Shown piece by piece: positions 39,984 to 49,170 of a stretch of 64,000 bases of DNA. Numbering within the stretch: position 1 is the stretch's first letter; each line of letters begins with the position of its first letter. The stretch is from Parcubacteria group bacterium Gr01-1014_17 (GTDB taxonomy: Bacteria > Patescibacteriota > Minisyncoccia > Phycocordibacterales > UBA10002). Under the pieces are notes generated by a model. It worked only from the letters and a program-made list of their open reading frames with translations. It was not told the DNA's origin and searched no databases. The stretch is from the NCBI GenBank assembly GCA_007376285.1, contig VMFZ01000004.1:300-64299 (forward strand), written 5' to 3'. A program made the translations under genes and the position numbers.

Positions 39984-40601
39984 ATGAATGAAATAATTTA
40001 TGTACTTATAAACGAAGCTATGCCGGGATATGTAAAGGTTGGCAGAACTTCAAATCTTCACGAGAGAATACGCTCTTTAAACCGACCATCAGGTGTGCCC
40101 TTGCCTTTTGAAGTCTATTATGCAAGTGAAGTGAGGGATTCGCAAAAAGACGAACAGTGGCTCCACTAACTTTTTGCAGACAGGAGGGTACGAGATCAAC
40201 GAGAATTTTTTAAAATAGATCCTGAAAGGGTGATTGTGGCACTAAAGAAAATTGAAATCAAAGATGTTACCCCGAAATCCTTACAAGATTCTCTTACTAA
40301 TTCTACAGAGGAAGAGAAAAAAGAGGTGGTGGAAAAGAAAAAGATAAGATCAAAATTTGATTTCAAAAAATACAGTATTCCTGTAGGGTCGGAAATTATT
40401 TATTCCAGAGATCCTTCTATAAAAGCCGGGGTTCTCTCAAATAATAAAATAAAACTGAACGGAAAAGAAACAAGTTTATCAAAATCGGCACAAGAATTAC
40501 TTGGTTATAAACAGAGCGTTGCCGGTACTTTATACTGGATATATCAAGACGAAAGCCTTGATGGACGCAGAAGAAGACTTGATGGTGGAGAACAGACTTA
40601 A
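39984..40601 (+). pseudogene. T5orf172/GIY-YIG nuclease-domain gene with one in-frame TAA (40167-40169)
   Basis: IYVLINEAMPGYVKVG..SGVPLPF..WLH*LFADRRV..REFF continues in the same frame. Confidence 0.8.
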
Positions 40602-40610
40602 ACCAAACAC

Positions 40611-40826
40611 ATGCTACATATAAACAAATTAAAAAAACCGCAAAGAGAATATCTCCATTTGTTGGAATTACTACCTCATGGAGGTATAGAATTAGCTCGA
40701 CAATACAATGAAAGGGGGACGCCGTTAAATCAAGTTGATGCAGAAATTAAAAGCTTAGAAACAGAAATCCCAAAATTAAAAGAAGAATTATCTGCACGAG
40801 GAGTTATTATGTGGAACACTGTTTGA
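40611..40826 (+). CDS. Hypothetical 71-aa protein or fragment
   Basis: AT-rich ORF, no family recognised. Confidence 0.45.
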   Translation: MLHINKLKKPQREYLHLLELLPHGGIELARQYNERGTPLNQVDAEIKSLETEIPKLKEELSARGVIMWNTV

Positions 40827-40868
40827 TTCAAGTAGAATGATCATAAAATGAAAATTTTATATGGGTAC

Positions 40869-40923
40869 AAAAAGAAAAGGGGGCCTTAGGTAATTAACCG
40901 TTCGGGCCCCTTTTCGTCGTAAT
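40869..40923 (-). ncRNA. Putative ~55-nt hairpin small RNA
   Basis: TTGACA-16-TAATAT promoter (40957-40930), stem GAAAAGGGGCC/GGCCCCCTTTTC, T-run. Confidence 0.45.
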
Positions 40924-41015
40924 GCTTACATATTAGCAAATGGACTGGCTATGTCAATCCTCCGTCTGTTGATAAAAAATGCGAAGCGGGTTTTTTCTTG
41001 TTAGTATAGAAGGAT

Positions 41016-43094
41016 ATGTTGCCAGAAAAGCTTACCAAACCCTACCAGCCCACCGAGACCGAAGAGCGCATCTATAAGCTCTGGGAGGACAGTGGCTTCT
41101 TCAACCCCGACAACCTTCCTTCCAGATTCCAGCATCCAGCCCCCAGATTTTCCATTGTTATGCCCCCGCCGAATGTGACTGGCGTATTGCATATGGGGCA
41201 TGCGCTTATGTTGACAATCCAAGACATTATGATTCGCTATAAACGGATGCGCGGGTTTAAAACGCTCTGGCTCCCAGGCACCGACCACGCCGCAATTGCC
41301 ACGCAATCGCGCGTTGAGAAAGATATTTATAAAAAAGAAAAGAAATCGCGCCATGACCTCGGGCGAGAGGAATTCTTGAATCGCGTAGAAAAGTTTGCAA
41401 AAGAAAGCCACGACACGATTGTGTCGCAGATAAAGGTAATGGGTGCGTCCTGCGATTGGTCGCGCGAGGCGTTTACGCTTGATGAAAAACGAACGAACGC
41501 TGTACGCGCGATGTTTAAGATGATGCACGATGACGGGCTGATTTATCGCGGAAACCGTATCGTCAATTGGGACCCGAAAGGACAGACCACTATTTCTGAC
41601 GATGAAGTCGTTTATGCGGAGCAAAAGACAAAATTATATACATTCCGTTACACAAAGGACTTCCCTATTCCGATTGCGACGACACGCCCAGAAACAAAAC
41701 TTGGAGATGTTGCTGTTGCGGTATATCCGGACGGAAAGTGGAAAAAGTATATTGGGCAAACATTTGAAATAGCTGATTTTGCCGGCATACCGCTTTCTAT
41801 AAAAATAGTTGGGGACGCGATAGTTGACCCTGAATTCGGCACTGGTGCTGTCGGCGTAACGCCCGCGCACAGCGCAATTGACTGGGACATTTCCGAACGG
41901 CACGGTTTAGATAAAAGCCACATCATCATAAACGAGTATGCGCGAATGCAGAACGCAGGCGCGTTGGTAGAAGATAAGAAAGTATTTGAAGCGCGTGAGA
42001 TTGTTGTTGCATGGCTCAAAGAAAAAGGGCTTTTGGAAAAAGAAGAAGACATAACACACAACATCGCGACTGCGGAACGCACGGGCGGAATTATTGAGCC
42101 GCTTCCGAAGCTCCAGTGGTTCGTCAGCGTCAACACGCCAATACCGGCGCGCGGCGGAAAGACGCTCAAAGAACTGATGCGCGAGCCCGTGGAAAAAGGC
42201 GAAATAAAAATTATTCCAGAGCACTTTACGAAAACCTATTTTCATTGGATAGAGAACCTGCGCGATTGGTGCATCTCGCGCCAGATTTGGTATGGACACA
42301 AAATCCCGATTGACGGAGAAGAGGACACATTGGACACTTGGTTCTCATCGGGGCTATGGACTTTTTCCACACTTGGTTGGTCCGCCTTCGCCGAGACGGC
42401 TACGGCGGGTAAACCCGGACCGGAAAACGATTTGGCGAATTATCACCCGACTGATGTACTTGAAACCGGCTCGGATATTCTTTTCTTTTGGGTTGCGCGA
42501 ATGATTTTAATGTCGGAATATGCGCTCGGAGTTGTCCCTTTCCGCACTGTCTACTTGAACGGAATGGTGCGCGATGCGCAAGGGCGGAAGTTCTCAAAAA
42601 CGCTCGGCAACGGAATTGACCCGATTGATGTTGCGAAAAAATTTGGCGCAGACGCTGCGCGCATGGCGCTTATTATCGGTAACACGCCGGGGACGGATAC
42701 CAACATTTCTGAAAATAAAATAAAGGGGTACAAGCATTTTGCGAATAAGGTGTGGAATGTCGCGCGCTATATACTTGCGCGCGAACGAACCGGCGCGGTA
42801 GACGAGGCGCTCCAGAAGGAATTCGGTATAATAACGCAGGATATAACCAACGATATGGAGAGCTTTCGCTTCCATCTCGCCGCCGAGAAAATATACCACT
42901 TCATCTGGCATCGCCTCGCTGACGATATTATTGAAGAAAGCAAGAAAATGCCAGGGCGAGGCGCAACCCTACATTATCTTTTGGAAAACGCGCTCAAGCT
43001 CCTGCATCCCTTTATGCCGTTCATTACCGAGGAAATCTGGGGTTTAATACAAAACAAAAATTTACTGATAGTAGAGAGTTGGCCAACAAAATAA
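41016..43094 (+). CDS. valS: Valine--tRNA ligase
   Basis: PPPNVTGVLHMGH, DWCISRQIW, LDTWFSS, KFSKT; lacks C-terminal coiled coil. Confidence 0.96.
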   Translation: MLPEKLTKPYQPTETEERIYKLWEDSGFFNPDNLPSRFQHPAPRFSIVMPPPNVTGVLHMGHALMLTIQDIMIRYKRMRGFKTLWLPGTDHAAIATQSRVEKDIYKKEKKSRHDLGREEFLNRVEKFAKESHDTIVSQIKVMGASCDWSREAFTLDEKRTNAVRAMFKMMHDDGLIYRGNRIVNWDPKGQTTISDDEVVYAEQKTKLYTFRYTKDFPIPIATTRPETKLGDVAVAVYPDGKWKKYIGQTFEIADFAGIPLSIKIVGDAIVDPEFGTGAVGVTPAHSAIDWDISERHGLDKSHIIINEYARMQNAGALVEDKKVFEAREIVVAWLKEKGLLEKEEDITHNIATAERTGGIIEPLPKLQWFVSVNTPIPARGGKTLKELMREPVEKGEIKIIPEHFTKTYFHWIENLRDWCISRQIWYGHKIPIDGEEDTLDTWFSSGLWTFSTLGWSAFAETATAGKPGPENDLANYHPTDVLETGSDILFFWVARMILMSEYALGVVPFRTVYLNGMVRDAQGRKFSKTLGNGIDPIDVAKKFGADAARMALIIGNTPGTDTNISENKIKGYKHFANKVWNVARYILARERTGAVDEALQKEFGIITQDITNDMESFRFHLAAEKIYHFIWHRLADDIIEESKKMPGRGATLHYLLENALKLLHPFMPFITEEIWGLIQNKNLLIVESWPTK

Positions 43095-43095
43095 T

Positions 43096-43779
43096 ATGTC
43101 TGCTTCCACTTTATTGTTTGCGTTCCTCGGCGGGTTTCTTCCCGCCCTCTTGTGGCTTTGGTTCTGGCTGAAAGAAGACCGCCTGCATCCAGAGCCGCGC
43201 GGCGCGATTATATTAACTTTTTTCGGCGGAATGGCGGCGGCGCTTCTCGCTTATTTTACGGAGCGTTCAATTATTGGTATGGGGCTCGCTTTTTCCGTCA
43301 CGCTTATTTTGTGGGCAATTGTTGAAGAAGTGTTTAAGTTCGGATTCGCGTACTTCACCGCGCTCCGCAGGAAAGTATGCGACGAACCGGTTGATGATAT
43401 GATTTATATGCTAACCGCGGCACTCGGTTTTGCAGCGCTTGAAAACACGCTTTTCCTCATCGCGCCGCTTGCAAACGGCGACATTGCGAAAAGCTTGCTC
43501 ACGGGGAACCTGCGTTTCATCGGCGCAACACTCCTCCATATCGCCGCATCCAGTTTAATCGGCGCATTTGGCGCGTTTTATTTTTACAAAGGTAGAAAAA
43601 CGCGCGACATTGCGATTGTCATCGGTCTCGTTGTTGCAACTGCGCTCCACGCCGGGTTTAACCTAATTATAAATTCACAGACCAATCGCTCGCTTATCAC
43701 CGCATTTGCAATCGCGTGGGCAACGATTATCGTCGTGCTTGTGGTGTTTGAAAAAGTTAAAAAAATAGGCACCAGATAA
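43096..43779 (+). CDS. PrsW-family intramembrane protease
   Basis: EPR, VEEVFK, LGFAALEN, H..H motifs. Confidence 0.9.
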   Translation: MSASTLLFAFLGGFLPALLWLWFWLKEDRLHPEPRGAIILTFFGGMAAALLAYFTERSIIGMGLAFSVTLILWAIVEEVFKFGFAYFTALRRKVCDEPVDDMIYMLTAALGFAALENTLFLIAPLANGDIAKSLLTGNLRFIGATLLHIAASSLIGAFGAFYFYKGRKTRDIAIVIGLVVATALHAGFNLIINSQTNRSLITAFAIAWATIIVVLVVFEKVKKIGTR

Positions 43780-43838
43780 TACCGTACCCTGTGGATTACT
43801 CGCTTGACTGACTATGCTAGAATACTTTCATAAATACT

Positions 43839-44318
43839 ATGGTTCGCAAACTTTCATTTTTTGAAAGGCTCACGGGCGCTTCGGTTCCGGAAGAAACGGA
43901 AAAAGAACCTGCGCGCAAGCTCACGCCAAAAAAAGGCGGGAGAGAACTGAAGCCCGAACCCGAGGAAGAACTTCTATCCGAAAGCGAGGAGGGTGAGTTG
44001 GCGGTAGATGTCTATCAAACGCCGGACGACATCGTGCTTAAAACGATGGTCGCAGGCGTGCGGCCCGAGGACTTAGACCTTTCCATTACGCGCGATATGG
44101 TAACCATCAAGGGTAAACGCGAGGAATCGCACGAGGTGGAAACCGAGGACTTTTTTCACAAAGAACTCTACTGGGGTTCATTTTCCCGCACGGTTCTTTT
44201 GCCGCAAGAAATTGATGTGGAGGCGGCAGAGGCCTCCGAAAAGCATGGCCTTCTCATCATCAAACTCCCGAAAATAGACAAAGACCGTCAGACGAAGCTG
44301 AAGGTGAAAAGTAATTAA
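43839..44318 (+). CDS. Hsp20/alpha-crystallin small heat shock protein
   Basis: AVDVYQT, WGSFSRTVLLP, HGLLIIKLPK. Confidence 0.93.
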   Translation: MVRKLSFFERLTGASVPEETEKEPARKLTPKKGGRELKPEPEEELLSESEEGELAVDVYQTPDDIVLKTMVAGVRPEDLDLSITRDMVTIKGKREESHEVETEDFFHKELYWGSFSRTVLLPQEIDVEAAEASEKHGLLIIKLPKIDKDRQTKLKVKSN

Positions 44319-44395
44319 CAAAATCTTCTCTCACAACACCACCAGATGTCTGCAATTTAGACATCTGGTGGTGTTTTTGATAAGATAAAAGCAGA

Positions 44396-44471
44396 GCCGA
44401 GGTAGCTCAGTTAGCAGAGCGTCCGCCTGAAGAGCGGTAGGTCCCCAGTGCAATTCTGGGCCTCGGCACCA
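44396..44471 (+). tRNA. tRNA-Phe(GAA)
   Basis: GCCGAGG/CCTCGGC-ACCA, loop CTGAAGA; atypical T-loop TGCAATT. Confidence 0.9.
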
Positions 44472-44474
44472 TTC

Positions 44475-44750
44475 TCACTGCAACAACTTCCCGAAATCGC
44501 CAATAGTATCTGCGGCACCGCGGACATTGTCCACATCACCTTGAATTTTTTGGTAGATACCTTGAAGTTGACCGATGTAGGGTTCTATAAAATAATACGC
44601 GCCAAAAGATAATCCGATAACTATTAGCCAATAAAAAATATGGAGAACCGTGCCAATGCGCGAAGCGCGCCGCATCTTGCGCAGTATAATGTTATTTTCC
44701 TTCACCAACTCCGCAGTTTTTACAATCAACGCTTTTTCTTCTGGAGTCAT
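44475..44750 (-). CDS. Small single-pass membrane protein
   Basis: MTPEEK..ENNIILRKMRR..TM..YYFIEPY. Confidence 0.75.
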   Translation of the reverse strand: MTPEEKALIVKTAELVKENNIILRKMRRASRIGTVLHIFYWLIVIGLSFGAYYFIEPYIGQLQGIYQKIQGDVDNVRGAADTIGDFGKLLQ

Positions 44751-44766
44751 AAGATATAGTATAGCA

Positions 44767-44839
44767 TCCCCTCGGCAGGAATCGAACCTGCATCCTCTCG
44801 TTAGGAGTGAGAAGTTCTGATCCATTGAACTACGAGGGG
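44767..44839 (-). tRNA. tRNA-Arg(CCT)
   Basis: CCCCTCG/CGAGGGG, loop CTCCTAA, GCAGG-TTCGATT-CCTGC. Confidence 0.9.
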
Positions 44840-44846
44840 GAGATTA

Positions 44847-45080
44847 CTAATTGGCGAGCGCCTCTTCAAGCACGGGCCTATTGAACCCAACAATCACTCG
44901 CGAACCGACAGTAATCACCGGCACACCCATCTGACCGCTCTTTTCTATCATCTCCTGCCTTTTTTGCATATCGCTCGCAACATTGTATTCGGTGAACACA
45001 GTACCATTTTCGGCAAAAAACTTTTTCGCCGCGTTGCAATAGACGCAAGTCGGGGTTGAGTAGATGATTATGTTTTTCAT
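44847..45080 (-). CDS. Glutaredoxin/NrdH-like protein
   Basis: YSTPTCVYC, SGQMGVPVI, VGF. Confidence 0.93.
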   Translation of the reverse strand: MKNIIIYSTPTCVYCNAAKKFFAENGTVFTEYNVASDMQKRQEMIEKSGQMGVPVITVGSRVIVGFNRPVLEEALAN

Positions 45081-45101
45081 ATCTGCTAGCATAGCATAAG
45101 C

Positions 45102-45172
45102 GCGGGTATAGTATAGTGGTAATATGCGTGCTTCCCAAGCATGAGACGCGAGTCCGATTCTCGCTACCCGCA
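45102..45172 (+). tRNA. tRNA-Gly(CCC)
   Basis: GCGGGTA/TACCCGC, CGTGC-TTCCCAA-GCATG. Confidence 0.9.
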
Positions 45173-45556
45173 TCACTCTCCAAAAAGCCAGCGCTTTAGT
45201 TTATCCAACCATGAAGCGCTGTTTAACATCACATCGCCATCTTGAGTCGCTGGGTCATCCACAATCATAATCACCTCTTCGCCGGGCTTAGCCATACGCA
45301 GTTTCTCACGTATCTCCTGTTCCGCTCCGCGCGCGCTCCCAAAAAGCGTGGCGTTCTCTCTAAGCAGCTCTTCCTGCGCGGCAAGCTCTCCCGCGCGCGC
45401 CGCACTTAACCCTTCCGCGCGCGCGGCTTCACGGTATTCTACAAACGCCCCCAACGCGGCGCGTGAAAGGAAGATTATAAGCGCAAGCAACAACAGAAGA
45501 GCAATCGGCGAATAAAGAAAATCGCGGATGCGTTTTTTTGTTTGAAATCGTTGCAT
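45173..45556 (-). CDS. FtsB/DivIC-like septum formation initiator
   Basis: TM + coiled coil + EQEIREKLRMAKPGEEVI. Confidence 0.8.
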   Translation of the reverse strand: MQRFQTKKRIRDFLYSPIALLLLLALIIFLSRAALGAFVEYREAARAEGLSAARAGELAAQEELLRENATLFGSARGAEQEIREKLRMAKPGEEVIMIVDDPATQDGDVMLNSASWLDKLKRWLFGE

Positions 45557-45573
45557 ATGATACAATACATTCT

Positions 45574-45681
45574 ATGTTACTCAACAAAAAACACAAAAAG
45601 ATAATCAGCGCGATCTGGGCAGTCGTGTGCTTCATGATTATCATCTCAATGATACTGCTCTATACGCCGATATTCCGATAA
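45574..45681 (+). CDS. 35-aa membrane peptide (MLLNKKHKKIISAIWAVVCFMIIISMILLYTPIFR)
   Basis: Below ORF-track cutoff; basic N-terminus + TM; fills the intergenic gap. Confidence 0.6.
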   Translation: MLLNKKHKKIISAIWAVVCFMIIISMILLYTPIFR

Positions 45682-45683
45682 AA

Positions 45684-47474
45684 TCACTGAAGCATCTTCA
45701 CAAACGCCTCCGACGGAATCACTACACGTCCGCTCGCTTTGAGTCGCTTCTTGCCTTCTTTCTGCTGTTGCCACAACTTCATCTTCCGCGTGCGGTCTCC
45801 GCCGTACAAGTAGCCCGTTACATCTTTGCGAAGCGCCGAGAGACGGCGCGAAGCAATAATCTTTCCATCAACACGCGCCTGGATTTTAAGCTCAAACTGC
45901 TGGCGCGGGAGAATTTTTGATAATTTCTCAACCGCCGTCTCCGCATCCTCTTCCACTCTGCGCCGCGCCACAACGCGCCCAAACGCCGGCACTGGTTCGT
46001 CGGCAACCAGAATTTCTAATTTCGCCACATCCGCTTTGCGCAATTCCGAAAGCAAACGGTACGATAAAGAAGCAAAGCCCGAAGACACACTCTTGAGTTC
46101 GTCAAAAAATCCGCGCATCAGCTCGCGTAGGGGCGCTTCAAAGTGAACCACAAGGCGGTTGCCGATATTTTCGGTCTCGCCCACCGCCGCCTCGTGTTTG
46201 TTCAAAAGAAGCATAATGGGAGCAAGATAGTCGGGCGGAGAAAGGAGCTCTGCCGACACCCATTGTTCGCGCACTGTATCAATCTCTCCGTGGTCTGGAA
46301 ATTGCATAATCGTGTATGCCGTAATGGTCTTACCGCGTGCCGTAACCACCTCGTACGCAATAGACGGGTGCGTAACCACCAATTTTACATTAAACTCGCG
46401 CCGCAGGCGCTCGGAAATGATTTCAAGATGGAGCATTCCCAAAAATCCGCAGCGGAATCCGCGGCCGAGCGCCCCAGATGTTTCCTCCTCTGCAGTAAAC
46501 GCGGAATCCGAGAGCCGCAAGCGGCCGAGCGCGTGGCGCAACGGGTCAAACTCGTCGCCACTCTCTGGGAAAAAGCTCGCCCATACGACGGGGCTCGGGC
46601 GCGCATAGCCCTGGAGCGCGGATAACGAACCTCTCGCTTCAACAACCGTATCGCCGACGGACGCAACGCCCGGTTCCTTCACGCCAGTTACAATGTAACC
46701 GATTTCTCCCGCCGATAGCGACTCCGCCGGCGTTTCTTCCGGCGAAAAGGTGCCGACTTCTATCACAGTAAATTCTTTTCCTGCAGCGGCAAACTTCAAT
46801 CGTGCGCCTTTCGCAACTGTGCCGTCAAATGCACGGCAATATACCACAACGCCCGCATGGCTGGAATATTTGAAGTCGAAAATAAGCGCGCAAAAGTTGT
46901 GATCACTGGCGGTGGATTTCGGCGACGGGACTTTTTCAATAATCGTCTGCAAAAGCTCCGGTACTCCTTGCCCTGTTTTTCCGGAAACCTCCAGAATACT
47001 TTCTTCGGAACATCCGAGTAAAAGCGCGATTTCTTTTTTCGTCTCGGGAATGCGCGCAAGCGCTGAATCAATTTTATTCACCACGGGAATGATGGCGAGC
47101 CCCGCTTCGCGCGCCGCGGAAAGCACGGTAATGGTTTGCGCCTGCACGCCCTGTGTCGCATCTACCAAAAGCACCGCGCCCTCAACCGCCTTTATGGCGC
47201 GGGACACTTCGTACGAAAAATCAATATGCCCAGGCGTATCTATGAGGTTGAGTACATAGTCGGTCTCATGGAGTCGATAATTCATCCGCACAGGCGTCAT
47301 CTTTATGGTTATGCCGCGCTCGCGCTCAAGGTCCATAGAATCAAGCACCTGCGCGCGCATCTTGCGTTTTTCAATCGTTCCCGTTATTTCCAGCAACCGG
47401 TCCGCCAAGGTGCTCTTGCCGTGGTCAATGTGAGCGATAATACAAAAATTGCGAATGTGTTCTTGTCCAGACAT
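45684..47474 (-). CDS. lepA: Elongation factor 4
   Basis: IAHIDHGKSTLADR, GFRCGFLGMLH, RKDVT..LYGGD.TRKMKL..QKEGKKR. Confidence 0.97.
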   Translation of the reverse strand: MSGQEHIRNFCIIAHIDHGKSTLADRLLEITGTIEKRKMRAQVLDSMDLERERGITIKMTPVRMNYRLHETDYVLNLIDTPGHIDFSYEVSRAIKAVEGAVLLVDATQGVQAQTITVLSAAREAGLAIIPVVNKIDSALARIPETKKEIALLLGCSEESILEVSGKTGQGVPELLQTIIEKVPSPKSTASDHNFCALIFDFKYSSHAGVVVYCRAFDGTVAKGARLKFAAAGKEFTVIEVGTFSPEETPAESLSAGEIGYIVTGVKEPGVASVGDTVVEARGSLSALQGYARPSPVVWASFFPESGDEFDPLRHALGRLRLSDSAFTAEEETSGALGRGFRCGFLGMLHLEIISERLRREFNVKLVVTHPSIAYEVVTARGKTITAYTIMQFPDHGEIDTVREQWVSAELLSPPDYLAPIMLLLNKHEAAVGETENIGNRLVVHFEAPLRELMRGFFDELKSVSSGFASLSYRLLSELRKADVAKLEILVADEPVPAFGRVVARRRVEEDAETAVEKLSKILPRQQFELKIQARVDGKIIASRRLSALRKDVTGYLYGGDRTRKMKLWQQQKEGKKRLKASGRVVIPSEAFVKMLQ

Positions 47475-47547
47475 TCCGCCATACTAGCAGAAAATCTATA
47501 GATTGACACACAAAGACAAGATGCTACCATTAAGGAATAAAAGAGAT

Positions 47548-47736
47548 ATGTTGTGTGCTTCTTTTGTAAAACCAGGAATCGCCAGCGCCATTAGCCGCGA
47601 TGTCGCGCAAGTGTTTTTTGCATCGCTTTTTGTTGGACAACTAATTGAACAAACGATTAATTTTAACGCGGTAATCATAGGATTAGTTTTGGCTCTTTTA
47701 TTTTGGTTTTTAAGCGTGTTATTAGCTAAAGAATAA
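47548..47736 (+). CDS. Small 2-TM protein
   Basis: SRDVAQVFFAS..TM; TTGACA-16-TACCAT upstream. Confidence 0.55.
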   Translation: MLCASFVKPGIASAISRDVAQVFFASLFVGQLIEQTINFNAVIIGLVLALLFWFLSVLLAKE

Positions 47737-47739
47737 ATT

Positions 47740-47853
47740 ATGGAGAATATTGATGTAAATAATGCATTGGTTAATTTCTATCTCATTGGCGCAGTACTTG
47801 CGATCATGTTTATTTCTTTTGGCATTTATATAAAAGGAAAAAGTAAAAAATAA
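47740..47853 (+). CDS. 37-aa single-TM peptide
   Basis: MENIDVNNALVNFYLIGAVLAIMFISFGIYIKGKSKK. Confidence 0.5.
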   Translation: MENIDVNNALVNFYLIGAVLAIMFISFGIYIKGKSKK

Positions 47854-47856
47854 ATT

Positions 47857-47937
47857 ATGACAAAACTATACATTCTTTATGGTCTAATGGCTATCGCTAT
47901 TGTTCTACTCGTTATTTTGGCGAGAAAAAGCAGATAG
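47857..47937 (+). CDS. 26-aa single-TM peptide
   Basis: MTKLYILYGLMAIAIVLLVILARKSR. Confidence 0.45.
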   Translation: MTKLYILYGLMAIAIVLLVILARKSR

Positions 47938-47978
47938 ATAAAAAGAAAACCAGCGGCCATTTTTGGTTGCCGATGTGA

Positions 47979-48992
47979 TTAAACCGTAAAATTGCGGACG
48001 GAGTAGAGGGTTTCTTCGTCTTCTTGTGGTTCCACTGGTATAGGAGGAATCGCGACTGGCGGCTCGCCTTCTTCGCCATTTTCTTGGGCTACCGGCGGCT
48101 TTTCTGCTTTCATGCGCGCAAGATGGCGGTCAATCATTTCGGATGGGCTTCGCTTTTCTTTTGATTCAAGCATCGCCAAAATGGCGAGCAGGTCGTCTGT
48201 TGAAAAGAAGTCAATCAGAATTTTGCCACCGGTTTCGCGCTTCAAGATATGCACGCGCGTTCCGAGAGATTCGCGGAGTTTGCCTTCAATTACCACGAGC
48301 TCCGGGTCTATGGCGACATCTTTCTTCCGCGCGCGGTCAACCGCAATCTTGCGTGCCGTTTCCTCCGCCTCGCGTACCGTGATTTTCTTCACCGAGATTT
48401 CCTTAAACAAAACCAGCTGCTCTTCTGGGCGGTCTACCAACATCAAAAGAGGTCGAGTGTGCCCTTCGTTTATAACGCCGCTTGAGACAGCATCCAGAAT
48501 CTCATCGGGTAAATCCAAAATCCGCATCGTGTTGGTCACATACACGCGGCTTTTGCCAACACGCGTGCCGATTTCGTGGTGTTTGAAGCCGAAGTCCTCG
48601 GCGAGCCGCTTGAACGCGCGTGCGCGCTCCACGGCGTTCAAGTCCTCGCGCTGGAGGTTTTCTATAATTGAAATCTCAAGCTTTTCGCGGTCGCTGTTTT
48701 CCCCCGCGCGGATTAAGACCGGCACATGAGGAAGCCCAACAAGTTTTGATGCGCGCAAACGACGCTCACCCGCTAAAAGCTCGTACTCCACGGCAATGCC
48801 GCCGTCATCTTTCGCTGTTTCTTTCCGCGTGACGACAAGTGGCTGAAGTACGCCGTATGCGCGGATGGATTCGGAAAGGTCGCGTAGTTTCTCGGGGTCA
48901 AACTCGCGGCGCGGCTGAAACGGGTTCGGCTTTATCTTGTCCGTCTCAATCCAAAATATCGCATTGTTCTGAAAACTTTCTGCTAGATTCAT
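47979..48992 (-). CDS. parB: Chromosome partitioning protein ParB
   Basis: PNPFQPR, GVLQP, AGERRLRA, ENLQREDLN. Confidence 0.95.
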   Translation of the reverse strand: MNLAESFQNNAIFWIETDKIKPNPFQPRREFDPEKLRDLSESIRAYGVLQPLVVTRKETAKDDGGIAVEYELLAGERRLRASKLVGLPHVPVLIRAGENSDREKLEISIIENLQREDLNAVERARAFKRLAEDFGFKHHEIGTRVGKSRVYVTNTMRILDLPDEILDAVSSGVINEGHTRPLLMLVDRPEEQLVLFKEISVKKITVREAEETARKIAVDRARKKDVAIDPELVVIEGKLRESLGTRVHILKRETGGKILIDFFSTDDLLAILAMLESKEKRSPSEMIDRHLARMKAEKPPVAQENGEEGEPPVAIPPIPVEPQEDEETLYSVRNFTV

Positions 48993-49061
48993 AAGATAAT
49001 AAGCAGTATAGCATACGAAGAAAAAAAGACAGGGGAATAAAATTGTGTATAATTGCGGTAC

Positions 49062-49145
49062 GCCGGAGTGGCGGAATCGGCAGACGCACGGGACTCAAAA
49101 TCCCGCGATGGCAACATCATGAGAGTTCGACTCTCTCCTCCGGCA
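49062..49145 (+). tRNA. tRNA-Leu(CAA)
   Basis: GCCGGAG/CTCCGGC, CGGGA-CTCAAAA-TCCCG, long variable arm. Confidence 0.93.
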
Positions 49146-49170
49146 ATTTTGTTTTTATAAACCATACTTC

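Noticed and set aside
40167-40169. Stop-codon reassignment
   Set aside because: TAA, TAG and TGA all terminate conserved genes here (topA TAA, Val-independent examples lepA and tsaD TGA); this is an isolated case
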